From assembly GCF_009914755.1 (NCBI RefSeq), contig NC_060931.1: a stretch of DNA of 64,000 nt; one strand, given 5' to 3'. The position numbers and the translations under genes were made by a program. Shown one piece after another: positions 42,900-55,450 of this stretch. Numbering within the stretch: the stretch's first letter is position 1; every line of letters starts with the position of its first letter. The notes below the pieces were generated by a model that saw only the letters and a list, made by a program, of their open reading frames with translations, had not been told where the DNA came from and did no database searches. Source of the stretch: the human T2T-CHM13v2.0 reference genome, Homo sapiens.

Positions 42900-45075
42900 A
42901 TTTTATCTAATGTCCCAAATTCCATAGTCCTTGCTAACATCAAGCTGCTGTTGCCAGTTGCTTCTAGGATCTCAGTATCTGATTGTTTCAGCTGCCTCCT
43001 TCTCTGAACCACTGCTAACAGGCTCTCACCTTTTGCGTCTACTTTTCTCTCTCTTTCTAAAATTCCATTATAATCATGTAAGCACTTGAAGGTCCCCCTT
43101 CTTTTACCTAGCCAAGCAAACCACTCTAAGAATTCCCTTTCCATCACTGACTTCATCAGTTTCTTTCCCTCTGCTGAATCATTCACATATATTCATATAT
43201 CTGCTGGATATATCAGCACACAAATATGCTCGCTTGAGAGCATTTCTATCATATTTCTGACTTCCCCACTTTCCCTCCTCCCATTTTCTCTTGAACCTAC
43301 TTGTATTAGTCAGTTTTCACTCTGCTATAAAGAATTTCCCTGAGACTGAGTAATTTATCAAGGAAAGGGGTTTAATTGAATCACAGTTCTACATGGCTGG
43401 GGAGGCCTCAGGAAGCTTACAATCATGGCAGAAAGGGAAGCACGCACCTTCTTCACATGGTGGCAGGAGAGAGAAGAGCGAAGGAGAAACTTCCAAACAC
43501 TTATAAAACCATTAGAACTTGTAAGAATTCACTCATTATCATGAGAACAGCATGGGGGAAATCACCCTCATTATCCAAACACCTTCCTTCCTGGACATGT
43601 CAGGATTACAATTCAAGATGAAATTTGGGTGGGGACACAGACCTAAACTATTCCACTTTGGTTTTTGCTCCTACCATTCCATCAGAATTGCTAGGGTCAG
43701 CACCATTTGACACAGCTGATCACTCTCTCCTTGATATGTGCATGTCACTGGACTTTGGAAATACAAAAACTTCCTTAATTCTCTTGCCTCATCAGCTGTA
43801 CCTTCTCAGTCTCCTTTACTGATTTTTCTGCCTCTCTCGAACATCTAAATGTTCAAATTCCCCAGGGCTCAGACCTCACACTTTTTTTCATGTACACTCA
43901 CTCCCTAGTAAATCTCTTCCATTCTCATGTGTTTGAATACCACTGACGTGTACGTATGTACACATATAGACATGTATGTACACATATAGACATGCATGTA
44001 TGTCTGTGCATACATACTTATATATATGCATGTGTGTGTGTGTGTATGTGTGGGTGTATTCAATCCAAACTTCTCTAAATTTCAAACTGACATCCTACTG
44101 CCTACCTGTTATCTCCACTTGGCTGTGTCATAAGCATCTAAAACAACATCCCAAACCAAAAGCCTGATTCCCCGACTTTCTACCATTTCTCGTCTTCTAA
44201 CTCTTCCCAAATGCAATTAATAGTATCTCCATCCTTCCGGGTTAAAAACATTATTGATTCCTCTCTTTGTCTCTTACCCACATCTAATTTATCAAGTCTT
44301 GTTAGTTCTTCCTTCAAAATATATCTAGAATCCAACTACTTCTCACCATTTCCACCACTACTGGTCTGAGCTATAACCATGTATCTTCTACTACTACAAT
44401 AGCCTCCAAATGCTTTTTCCTATTTTATCTCTTGCCCCTCCCCATTCTCTATTTTCAACATGATGCCAATGTGAGCCCTCTGCCATGTCAAATTGTTATA
44501 TTCCTTTGCTCACATCCACCAAGGGATGTAAGACCCTACATACTATGACTCCCCCAATACTTCTATGAGGTAAAGTCCTACCATCAACCTCAACTGCTCT
44601 ACTCTTGATCACACTGACTGCCTTGCTATTCTTTGAGCATACCAAGAATGCTACTGGCTCAGGGACTCTGTACTAAGATTGCTCTGCCTAAGATTGCTCT
44701 TCCCCCAGATATCTTCATGGTTCCCTCCCTCATTACCTTCAAGTCTCTGGTCAAATGTTGTATTAGAAAAATCTTCCCTGACAATTATATAAAAGAAACT
44801 GTTCCTAGGCTCCTAGCCACCTCCTATCCCTCTTAACCTTATCTTTCTCCATGATACTTATATATATGGCCACACACGTGCACACACACACACACAATGT
44901 TGCTGCTATTGTTTATTCTTCTGGCTCCTCTCTTACCTGCCCCCTATTAAAAAAAAAAATCTGTAATTTTCATGCTGACAGGAACCTTAGTCAAATGGAT
45001 TCACTGCTGTATCCTCAGTGCCTAGAATACTATGTGGCACATAGTCGACACTCAAAACTATTTGTTGTATGAGTA
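42900..45075 (+). mobile_element. L2a remnant interrupted by an MST LTR and microsatellites
   Basis: CAGCACCATTTGACACAGCTGATCACTCTCTCCTTGA; CCTTCAAAATATATCTAGAATCCAACTACTTCTCACCATTTCCACC; 3' end CTGTATCCTCAGTGCCTAGAA...TATTTGTTGTATGAGT. Confidence 0.8.
43302..43655 (-). mobile_element. MaLR solo LTR (MSTA/THE1D-like)
   Basis: TGTATTAGTCAGTTTTCACTCTGCTATAAAGAA...GGGGAGGCCTCAGGAAGCTTACAATCATGGCAGAA...TTTGGGTGGGGACACAG. Confidence 0.9.
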
Positions 45076-48000
45076 GTGAGGGGGAAGTAATTGTGTGAGA
45101 AGGTTCAGCAAAGTTACAATGGAAAGATACAATATGGGCTAGTCTTGAGTTATAAAGAATGAATTAGGTATTTCCAGAAATTGAATAGGAAATTCTAAAC
45201 AAAAGCAGGAATATGAATGGATTCTGTGCCACTTTGAGTCATCTCAGTGTCAGTTATTCATGAAGACATCCCCTGACTAACTTACATTGATTATTTTCAA
45301 ATTTAAATTTTGTGTCCTATATGGTCCACAGGTCACAGTCAGTATTTGCTTCATATCATTTTACAATTTTGGGGGCTGTTCTATTAATACAATCAGTATG
45401 TATTTATTGTTTTTCTACTATGTGCTGCCATAACGATATGCTGGTATTATCTTCTCTCTAAAAGCGATTTAAAAACTTGGTTTTCTGGCCTTATCAGATT
45501 GTTCTAGAAAAGATTTTGCCCACATCTAACTTCACTGTTGCAAACCATTTCTTCAGTTAAGCCAAAATGTTCCTATTATTTGGTAAAAGCTATAATTGCA
45601 ATGATTTCACTCAACACTATATTAGTAAGCCAAATTAATTGTGGATTCAGTTCAGAACATATATGCATTTTTTTCTGAGTGTATTTTTTATTTTAGCTTT
45701 GATCTTAACAATTTCTCTAAGACCATAAATTCTGTGAGGGCAGAAATTGTATTGCTCAGGTCACCTATCATAGCCCCTCATACATAACAGGCACATAAAA
45801 AAATGCCAATAATGATGACCCATGGCATGAAGCACAGGTATACAAGAACACCTTGCAGTTGAAATATTCCCATTTTAAGTTGTTAATATGAGAAAATTTT
45901 AAATTTTGACATACTGAAAATGTATATGTTATATATGGCTTTAATCATTTATTTTTTGTTTTTGTTTTCAGTCTGTCTTCAACAAAATGGATAAAAAAAG
46001 GAAGTTAATCTTTGGCAACACCATAAGCACAGTCTAAAGGCTCACAAAGCCACTCCCACTTATTTTCATATTCTACTTTGGAAAATGGATTTTGGGTTCT
46101 CTGAGTAGAAGCTGAAAAATAAATGCTGTGGTTTTGAGAACAGAACAAAAGCACTGAAGAGAAATTCAACAAAGGCTCTGAACCTTGTTTGTGTTCTGTA
46201 ACACTGCTTCAAGGCAACATTTTTATTTTTAAATGTATGCCCTCATTTACACAGGAAATTAAGAAACAAACTCTCCGTGTCAGTGTCCCTGCTACTAAAC
46301 AACCTAGCCATCAGCTGATTTACAATTGAGTCCTAATTGAACAGTTATGGTTTCAACTATATCAGCATATCTGCAAGTTCCTTAGATAAATATTCCAAGC
46401 ATTTCCCATAGATTTTACAGGCAAAGTAAAAAGTAAAGAGAAACCTAGAGCAGGTAACATTTTGTAGACTACTTGGCATATCATTCTGCTTCCTTTCTTA
46501 GTTATATCTCATTTCTAATACATATTTTCAAAGACTTGCTATTTAAAATATAAATGCTTTCATTAACAAATGTTAAGAAACCAAATAAGAGGTTTTAGAG
46601 AAGTCACAGAGTCTTACATCTTTAGTAATGTAACTCAAAATTTGGTTTAACAATTATTTTCATGGAGATAGATCTTAACATCATGTTTAATCATTTTAAT
46701 GGTTTTCATCATTCACAGATTAGTATATTCATTTGGATGCCTTCAGACTAGATAAAGACAGGTAATCAAGCAGTACATCCTAACAGGTATAAGCAGGCAA
46801 ACATGGATAGTTTCCATTAAAACTATGGAGATTTTATAATTTGACTCATTAGCATGCTTTTCTCAAAAAGCCTCTTACTACTGATCACAGTTTACGAAAT
46901 TGTTGCGCTACAGGGAATGTATAGATCCAGGCCAAACAACTATTTTGCACAGAAAGAAACTGGGGTTTGTGGACATTTGATGAGATTCTGAAGGTCAAAG
47001 AACAAGCTAGGTCCTCCATCCAGGTACTTTGGAAGAAATCAGATAACTGAAGCTCATGCTAGTGTGAAAGGTAAGCTCAGTGAGCATAAAGGAAGCACAG
47101 AGTTACAATCATAGGTCATGTTTTGGCCGGAGAAAGGACATTCATGGTCTCAAGACTACAAACGTGGCAAAGTTTCAACTGAAGACAAGTTTGAGGTATA
47201 GCCTCAAAGTTTACTGCTTAATGAGGCCATCAGAGCTGGACAAAAAAAAAAAGTCAAGATACAGACCCAGGTGTTGAAAGTGTCCCCAGCATGCGATGAG
47301 TCAGGTCCATTATCACTGTGGAAACCAAGGGAGTACTCCTGAGATCAGTAGATGAGAGTAATCCTTGGCAAAGGGCTGTAGAAGTGAGTGGCACTGACGA
47401 GAGGGTAGAGATGTGATAACAGGCAATGATTATGGAAAGAAAAAAAGTACCCACTAAATTTTAAAATATATGGTTCTAGTTGCCAGTGGAAAGAGAGAAA
47501 ATCATGTGCTAGATTAATCATGTTGAATTATGAAGACTAAATTTTAGACAGACTGCCATTTGCTGAGAGCAGTATTCATTACTATCTGATTCAGTAACGC
47601 TTATAACTAAGTGGTCAGACTATATACCTAGAGAAATATTGCTCATGTCATTCTAAAGCCACATGCACCCAAACTGGACAGGTAGCTGTGTTATTATTAA
47701 AGAAAAAAGTACCCAAAAATGCATGCACAACAGATAGTTTCCTTCAGGAATGCAGTGCATTTGAAAAACAATTTTCTGAAGAAAAGAGTCCCCTTACTAT
47801 GTCATTACTCTGAAATGAAGTCTAAGGGGGAGGGAGGCAATAAATGGAGAGCCTGTGGCCTTCTTTTCTGGACCAGGATCATTTCTTATAGCTGAGTAAT
47901 CATACCCTTAGCCAATATGATGTGAGAGTTTGCAGCTTTGCTACTGGGCAAGGAACGAATTCTGAAACCATGCTGCACTGAAGACGGCAACAACTGACAA

Positions 48001-49255
48001 GAGTGTCAGTGAGTGTTTTCTCTATATGAGTGAATAAACAAATGAAAACAAATAAATTACTCATTTACTTGTGTGATTTTGATAGGCTATGAATCAATTC
48101 TCACCAGGAAGAAAATGTGCCTTGGGTGGGGAAGGGTATGCCCTAAGCTAGAAATTGCTATGGCTCTGGTAGGAGAGCGAGCACAAAATTCTTATGACAT
48201 TGCCATTTCCTGCCATCCTGTATTTCTCTCTGGGACTTCACAGCTGGGCAGCATATTACTGGAGCCCACTTTTCCAGAACCATTTCTACTCATGTGTGGA
48301 AGGCAAGAGAAGGTAAGTATGTCCATTTTCATCCCCCTGTCTATATTGAGTAACAGATATTTATGGAGTTCGAGTGGGAAAAAAGGTACAGGGAGAGAGA
48401 ATTCTATTAGTTGAGGAGCTGAAATGTAATGCAGATCAAAGGTACAGGGATAAAATAAATTTCTATGGCTATTTCAGGTAAAATTTGATATGGCTAATTT
48501 TCATATGCACCATTTCTGATGAGATGTCCAAGCACGAGTTTTCAGAGTAACAATGCAATTATTTCCATTATCATTTTGAATTTATATTGTTATTCTTCCT
48601 TTAAGGAGTTTGAGTACCTCATACAATGTTGCAATTACTTTCAGAAATGACTCACTATAGTGCGAACAGTATTTCATAATAATGCAGCCAATAAAATAAA
48701 AACAAATATAAATTTCACCTAGGCAAATAAACATGAATGCATTCAGTTCCTCTACATTATACTTTTTCAATTTACAATGAAATAATTCACATATAGTAAT
48801 ATTTATATATGATATTAACATAGGGGCAAATGAAACATAGTTGATAAAGACACAATCCTGACTTTTAAAAAAATTTAAACCAACCTTAACAGAAATTATG
48901 TTTTAGAAGGCCAATAAATATAGATTTAGAGCGACTATTTATACATTACATATGTGGTAGCTATTCTGGAGTTTTAGGTAAGTTAGGGTGGACACATGTT
49001 TATAGGATCACAGAACAGAAATTTCAGAGATGAATGGGTCCAATCACTTTAGCTTACAGATTTATTAGTAAAGGCTTTAGCCCCTAACTTGCCGATGAGG
49101 AAATGAAAGCTGAGAGGGTTCACTGTATCTTATTTTTTCAGAACTTGTTCAAGCTTGTTGGGAGTTAGAAAATAACGAACATCCTAAATTATTGTAAGAA
49201 AATTTGCAATTAGGAAGAGGGAGGGCTTCCATATAGCTTATGTGCACTGCAGCTT

Positions 49256-49900
49256 TCATTCATTCAGCACAATTGTACTGCATACCTGACGTATTATACA
49301 TTGCACTAGGTACAAGAACTATAGCAGTGAGCTAGATTGGTATGATTCCTAAATTCATGAACCCCACAATCCACTGAGAGAAACAAACAAGGAGAGAGGG
49401 CCTTAGAAGACCCCTAGATAAAGATTATATAAGGGAAAAGTACCTAAGGACAGATGAGGCTGTTGTGGTAAACATGTGTGAGACTGCAAAAGACCTTATA
49501 AGCCACGATAATAACTTCAGTATTAGTACTAAGAGCAATTGAGAACCACTTAAGAGTTTTATGTAAGAGGTAGACATGAGCAAATCATATTTTATAAATA
49601 TGTTTCTGACTGAAGGAGGCAAGTCAAGGCAGGCAGGCTGGCCAATGAAAAGGCTTCTACAACACTTTAAGGCAGAACATGAAGTCTTGCACAAGGAAAG
49701 TAGCAATAAGGACAGAAAGAAACAGGCTTACTTTTCGAGGTAAGACTGAAAGAATTGGGTGACTGCCTGGATGGGAGGTGTGAGGGAGATGAAAACGGAA
49801 GGAGGGTGTGCAAGTTTCTGTTTTAGTAAGTGGGTGAACAGGAAGCCATTCAACATAAAAAGGAACACAGAAGGAGGAGAAGAGGAGGATTTGAGTGCAA
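49256..49900 (-). mobile_element. L2 3' region
   Basis: TTCATTCATTCAGCAC... tail; GAGAACCACTTAAGAGTTTTATGTAAGAGG; GGATGGGAGGTGTGAGGGAGA. Confidence 0.7.
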
Positions 49901-50381
49901 GCAGGTTATGTTCACAGGCATCACTCCAAACTAACTCCTCCCACATACAAACTCCCATATATGCCCCTTGCCTACAAGTGGAAAAAATCATTCATTTTAC
50001 AGTGAAGTAGAATGATTCCCTGTAACTTAGGCAATATTATAGAGTAAAATCTTAATTATGTATATCTTTTATTCGTTTAGTTTATCTGTGGTATATCTTG
50101 ATTAAACATTAAGTAGACTGCTTATTTTTTTTTTCTTTTTTAAAAAACAAGTCTGGTTTACCACCTCATATAGCTTTCATCTTACCAAGAAAATTCTTTG
50201 AAAGACAAACATGTAAAAAGTTCCCTCATATCAAGGAGGTCTTGACCTAGGGGTCAAGTCAGGAAAACTGGACATATTTCCAGCTTCTCAAGTCATATAT
50301 TCACAGCAAAACTTCATTATTTTGCTGGCAATTACTTTTCAGAAAAGTAGGCATATCCATAATCAAATATAAGTACAAACA

Positions 50382-50710
<329 letters not shown>

Positions 50711-50816
50711 TTATGTATGTACAAATTACATTTTAAATGCAAATATAAATGACTCCTGGATTAATCTTTGAATCACTGAACTCTGTTTTTATCATAAGTT
50801 GACTATTTAAAAGGCT

Positions 50817-51876
50817 TTTGGAATGATTTCTTGGATATGAAATGAAAAGCACAGACAACAAAAGCAAAAACAGACAAATGGAACTACATCAAACTTTAAA
50901 ACTTTTGTGCATCAAAGGACACAGTCAACAGAGTGAAAGGTAATCTATGGAATGGGAAAAAAAATCATATATTTGATGAGGGGCTAATATAAAGAATATT
51001 CAAAAACCTCTTATATGCAACAACAACAAAAAACCAAATAAGCCATCTAAAAATTGGCAAAGGACTTGAATAGATATTTCTGCAAATATGACATACAAAT
51101 GGCCAACAAGCTTGTGAAAATGCAAATCAAAACCACAGTGAGATATCATCCCACACCCACCCATTAGGATCACACCTATCAAACAAAAGAAAACACAAAA
51201 ATAATAAGTGTTGTCAAAGATGTGGAGAATTGGAGCCCTGGTGCCCTGTTGGTGGCACTGTAAAATGGTGCATCCTCTATGGAATACAGTAAGGAGGTTC
51301 CTCAAAAAATTAAGATTAAAATTACCATATGATTCAGCAATGCCATCTCTGGGTATATACACAAAGGAATGAAAACCAAAGTCTTAAAGAGATATTTTCA
51401 CACCCATGTTCACAGCAGCAATAGTCACAATAGCCAAGAGACAGAAGCAACCCAAATGTCCATTACCAGAAGAATGGACAAACAAATGTGATATGTACGT
51501 ACAATGAAATCTTATTCAGCTTTAAAAAGGAAGGATAGCCTATCATGTAATAAAACATAGATGAACTTTGAAAACGTTATGCTGAGTGAAATAAGTCAGT
51601 CACAAGAAGACAAATACTGTATGATTCCATTTAAATGAGGTATCTAAACTAGTTAATATCATAGATACAGCAAGTAGAATGGTGGTTACCAGTGGCAAGA
51701 GACAGGAGGAAAGAGGGAGCTTTTTTAAAATGGGCATAGAGTTTTAGATTTGCAAAATGAAAAAGTTCTGCAGACCTGTTTTAAAACAACGTGAATATAC
51801 TTAACACTACTAAAAAGTATACTTGCAAATGGTTAAGAGGGTAAATTTTGCTGTGTTTTTCACCACAATAGAAAAA
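50817..51876 (+). mobile_element. L1MB (MB3/4-like) ORF2 end plus 3'UTR
   Basis: GATTTCTTGGATATG...CTACATCAAACTTTAAAACTTTTGTGCATCAAAGGACAC; ATGCAAATCAAAACCACAGTGAGATATCA; ends TTTTCACCACAATAGAAAAAA. Confidence 0.92.
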
Positions 51877-51894
51877 AGGGCCACTTATTGTTTG

Positions 51895-52119
51895 AGTCTA
51901 TCTACATGAAATGTCCAAGACAGGCAAATCAGTAGAGACAGAAAGTAGATTGGCAGTTGCTTAGAGCTGAGGAAACTGGCGGTAAATGGAGAGTGAATGC
52001 TAATAGGTAGAGGGTTTCTTTAGGGGGTAATGAAAATATTCTTGTATTAAATATTGCGGACAGTCCCAGAACTCTGTGAATATATTAAGACCACTGAATT
52101 GAATGATTTAAAAAAAAAA
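51895..52119 (+). mobile_element. Second L1MB 3'UTR fragment (MB7-like)
   Basis: ATGAAATGTCCAAGACAGGCAAATCAGTAGAGACAGAAAGTAGATT...GTGAATATATTAAGACCACTGAATTG. Confidence 0.82.
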
Positions 52120-52627
52120 CTTTTCGATGCTAGTGATTGACACACTTGTGTTGCCTTTTATATAGCCTCTCTCAAACACCAAAGACTCTTAAGCAATTCC
52201 CCACTTCAAACACTCTTAAGAAATATTATAAAGTAGTTCCTTCAGATATCTCAACAACTATTTTCTTAGATCCAATGCATTCAACTCCCTAGGAATCCTC
52301 AGACAACAAACTAAAATGTAGCACTAATAATGTTATGCTAAGAACAATGGCATAATGCCAGAAAATTTCAAGGATAAAAATATGAAATTCTCTTGCCTGA
52401 GATTTAGTGTGCATTGCAAAAAACAACTATATGTATCAGCCAGCTTGAGTAAGATGTTTTGACATCTTATCTCAACATCTAAAATTAAAACTACGTCTTC
52501 ACTTTGCACTAAAAGCCTTGTGTTTCATCTAGGTTAAACTCAGATAAGAATATAGAATGAAGATTAGCTACATGGATGTTACTTGAATATTGTCTTCCTT
52601 CCCTGTCAAACTTGAAAAAAAGTCCAG

Positions 52628-53315
52628 TAATTATATATATAATAATTTATATATAAATTAATATATTTATATTTTTATATGATATATATTTTTATATATT
52701 TATATTTTATATAATATATATTTTACATTATATTTCAGATAATTATATATAATAAATATATATATTTATGTAGTTTATACTATATATTTTATAATATATA
52801 TTTTATGTATTTTATATTATATATGTATATATTATATATTATAATATATAGTATATATAATATATAATACATACATATACATATATGTATATATGTACTA
52901 TATATTATATATAATATATACATATATATAATGCATATATATTATGTGCATATATACATATATTAAACATATATAATATATAAATTATATTTCTATATTA
53001 TATATAATTTTATATATATTTATATATAAAATATATATATTATATATATTATATAAATATAGTTTATATATGCATATATAATATATACTATATAATATAT
53101 AATATATACTATATATTATATATAATATATAGTATATATTATATATAATATATATTATATAATATATTACATATAATATATATTATATATAATATATATT
53201 ATATATAATTATATATATATTTATATATACTAATATATATTACATATATGATATATAATTATATGTATAATTATATATACTAATATATATTACATATATT
53301 ATATATAAACATTAT
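52628..53315. repeat. Long TA-rich low-complexity/(TA)n tract (~690 bp)
   Basis: Almost pure A/T with TATA periodicity. Confidence 0.97.
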
Positions 53316-53365
53316 AGTCATTATACTCAACAGAACTTCATATTGCATTTTTTAATATATGTGCC

Positions 53366-53663
53366 TTTATTTATTTATTTATTTATTTATTGAGAAAGAG
53401 TCTCGCTCTGTTGCTGGAGTGCAGTGCTGTGACCAGGGCTCACTGCAGCCTCAACCTCCTGGGCTGAATCAATCCTCCTGCCTCAGCTGCCTGAGTAGCT
53501 GGGACCACAGGTACATACCACCATGCCTGGCTCGTATTGTTTTTTTAGAAATGGGGTCTCATCATGTTGCCCAGGCTGTTCTCACACTCCTAGGCTCAAG
53601 TGATCCTCTTGCCTGGGCCTCCCAAAGTACTGGGATTACAGATGTGAGCCACTGCGCCCAGCC
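53366..53663 (-). mobile_element. AluJ with (TTTA)n tail
   Basis: (TTTA)n + GAGAAAGAGTCTCGCTCTGTTG; CACTGCAGCCTCAACCTCCTGGGCT; ends CACTGCGCCCAGCC. Confidence 0.92.
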
Positions 53664-54831
53664 TTGTTATTTTTAACTCCATGGTCATTACTTACTTTCC
53701 AGTAATGTCAAAAGTCTAGGATAACATAATAGATTATTATGTGGGTTAGCTGGAAGGAGGGTAATGTATACTGTACCACAGTCTTGTGCCTTGAAAGTCA
53801 ACTACCACAGGATCAGTGACTGAAAAACAGGAGGCTTAGATACCCCACTCCCAGATATGGAAATTGTCTGACATCCTCTTCGTTGTCCTTTCTTTTTACT
53901 CCCCTTCAGTTTACCTTTACTTGCCTTTATCTTAAGGGACACAATCCCTTCTTTACCAGCAGGTAGAGGTTTCCTTGGTTTTGACCCTTTGTGTTATGTT
54001 CACTGTCATTCTCTCTCCCTAAGAAACCCAGCTAAGGGCCCAGCCCTCATTAAGCCAGGCTCACAAAGATCCAGACAAGTCTCCTAAAAGGCAGATGACC
54101 GTGGTAGGAGCCATCAGAAGAAGAGAAACTACAGAGACAATGTCAGAGAAAATACCCATTCAGCAGAAAGAAAGACTCCTAACTTTATAAAAATAAATCA
54201 TTTTGAATTATATACATAGGCTTACTTTCCCAAAGCAACAAACCTACTTAACAACACTTTTTGGACAAACTGTTAGTCATCTTGGAAAATGAAAGCAATG
54301 GATATATTTAGTGCATTTGGGCTCTAATATACATTATCAATCACTTGCAAGTTACAGCTCTTCTTAAACTGTGTTTGCTTTTCTATTTTTCAGTTCTAAG
54401 GCAGCATCATTATTCTACTATTATTTGAACCCAGGTTATTTTTCAGAAGGAGGAGGAATGTAATAATTTCCTATACATATATTGTTCTGAAAGGTAGCAA
54501 GACAAGTTTCAGTGAGGCAGAGCCACCCCAGGTGTTCATTAAAATCACCTGGCAGCATGGTGGGACACAGTGTTAATAGAACTCAGTATTAATGGGACAA
54601 GTGTTAGCGGCTCTGTGGCGCAAGTGTTAATACTGATTGCAAATTGTGCTTGATGATATACATAGGAACCTCTGGATCCTTCACTTACAAATAGCATGAA
54701 ATGGTGGATGAAAAGTAATGCCCTAAAACACAGGACAGTTTCTAAAGAAAAGAAACATTTTCCTTGTTCAAACTAGAATTTAACTCTCGGCTGTTCTGTG
54801 GTTAAGATCTACAACGTAGAAACATTTCAAC

Positions 54832-55068
54832 AGTAACTAACACATGTGGCGCTTTGTGTGTAGCAGCCACTGTTCTAAGTATTTTGCATAAACTCATTTA
54901 ATACTCAACCCCTACAATGCCAACAGACAGCTAACAGAATTGTTCCCATTTCTCGTATAAAGAAACTGAGGCTCAGAGTTAAATGATTTGCCCAATACCA
55001 AATAGGTAGTAAAAGGATAAACCAAAATTTGGATGACATACTTTGGCTAGAGTCCATACCTCTAACCA
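54832..55068 (-). mobile_element. MIR, near full length
   Basis: CACTGTTCTAAGTATTTTGCA...CCCATTTCTCGTATAAAGAAACTGAGGCTCAGAGTTAAATGATTTGCCCAA...CTCTAACCA. Confidence 0.85.
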
Positions 55069-55084
55069 ATGGAAATTGTGTGTC

Positions 55085-55087
<3 letters not shown>

Positions 55088-55129
<42 letters not shown>
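55088..55129. repeat. (TTA)n microsatellite (~13-14 units)
   Basis: Seen directly. Confidence 0.97.
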
Positions 55130-55130
<1 letters not shown>

Positions 55131-55364
55131 AAGCATCAGTATTTTTTATGAATACTCATTTCACAATGGCATTGATTTAAAAAAAATCCTACACCTACAT
55201 TTGCAATGGTTCAATCTTTCTAATAACCTAAATCAGTTAATTAAGACAAATTGTCGACTGAGTTAGTGAACATATTCAAGCTAGCTAGGGGTGTAGATAA
55301 CTTCTAAATAGAGGATACACTGTAATGACTAGTTATTCCATACCTAGATTCTGTGCAGATAATT

Positions 55365-55450
55365 CTGCTCCTTGAAAGCAGAGATTACTATCTTTATATT
55401 CTGAGCACCTAGCATAGTGTAAACAGTCAATAAATGTGTTGAATGAGGAT
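55365..55450 (+). mobile_element. L2 3' terminus
   Basis: CTCCTTGAAAGCAGAGATT...AGCACCTAGCATAGTG...CAATAAATGTGTTGAATGA. Confidence 0.75.

Noticed and set aside
51000-51362. 120-aa ORF (and 33278-33896 ORFs)
   Set aside because: Antisense reading of decayed L1M sequence.
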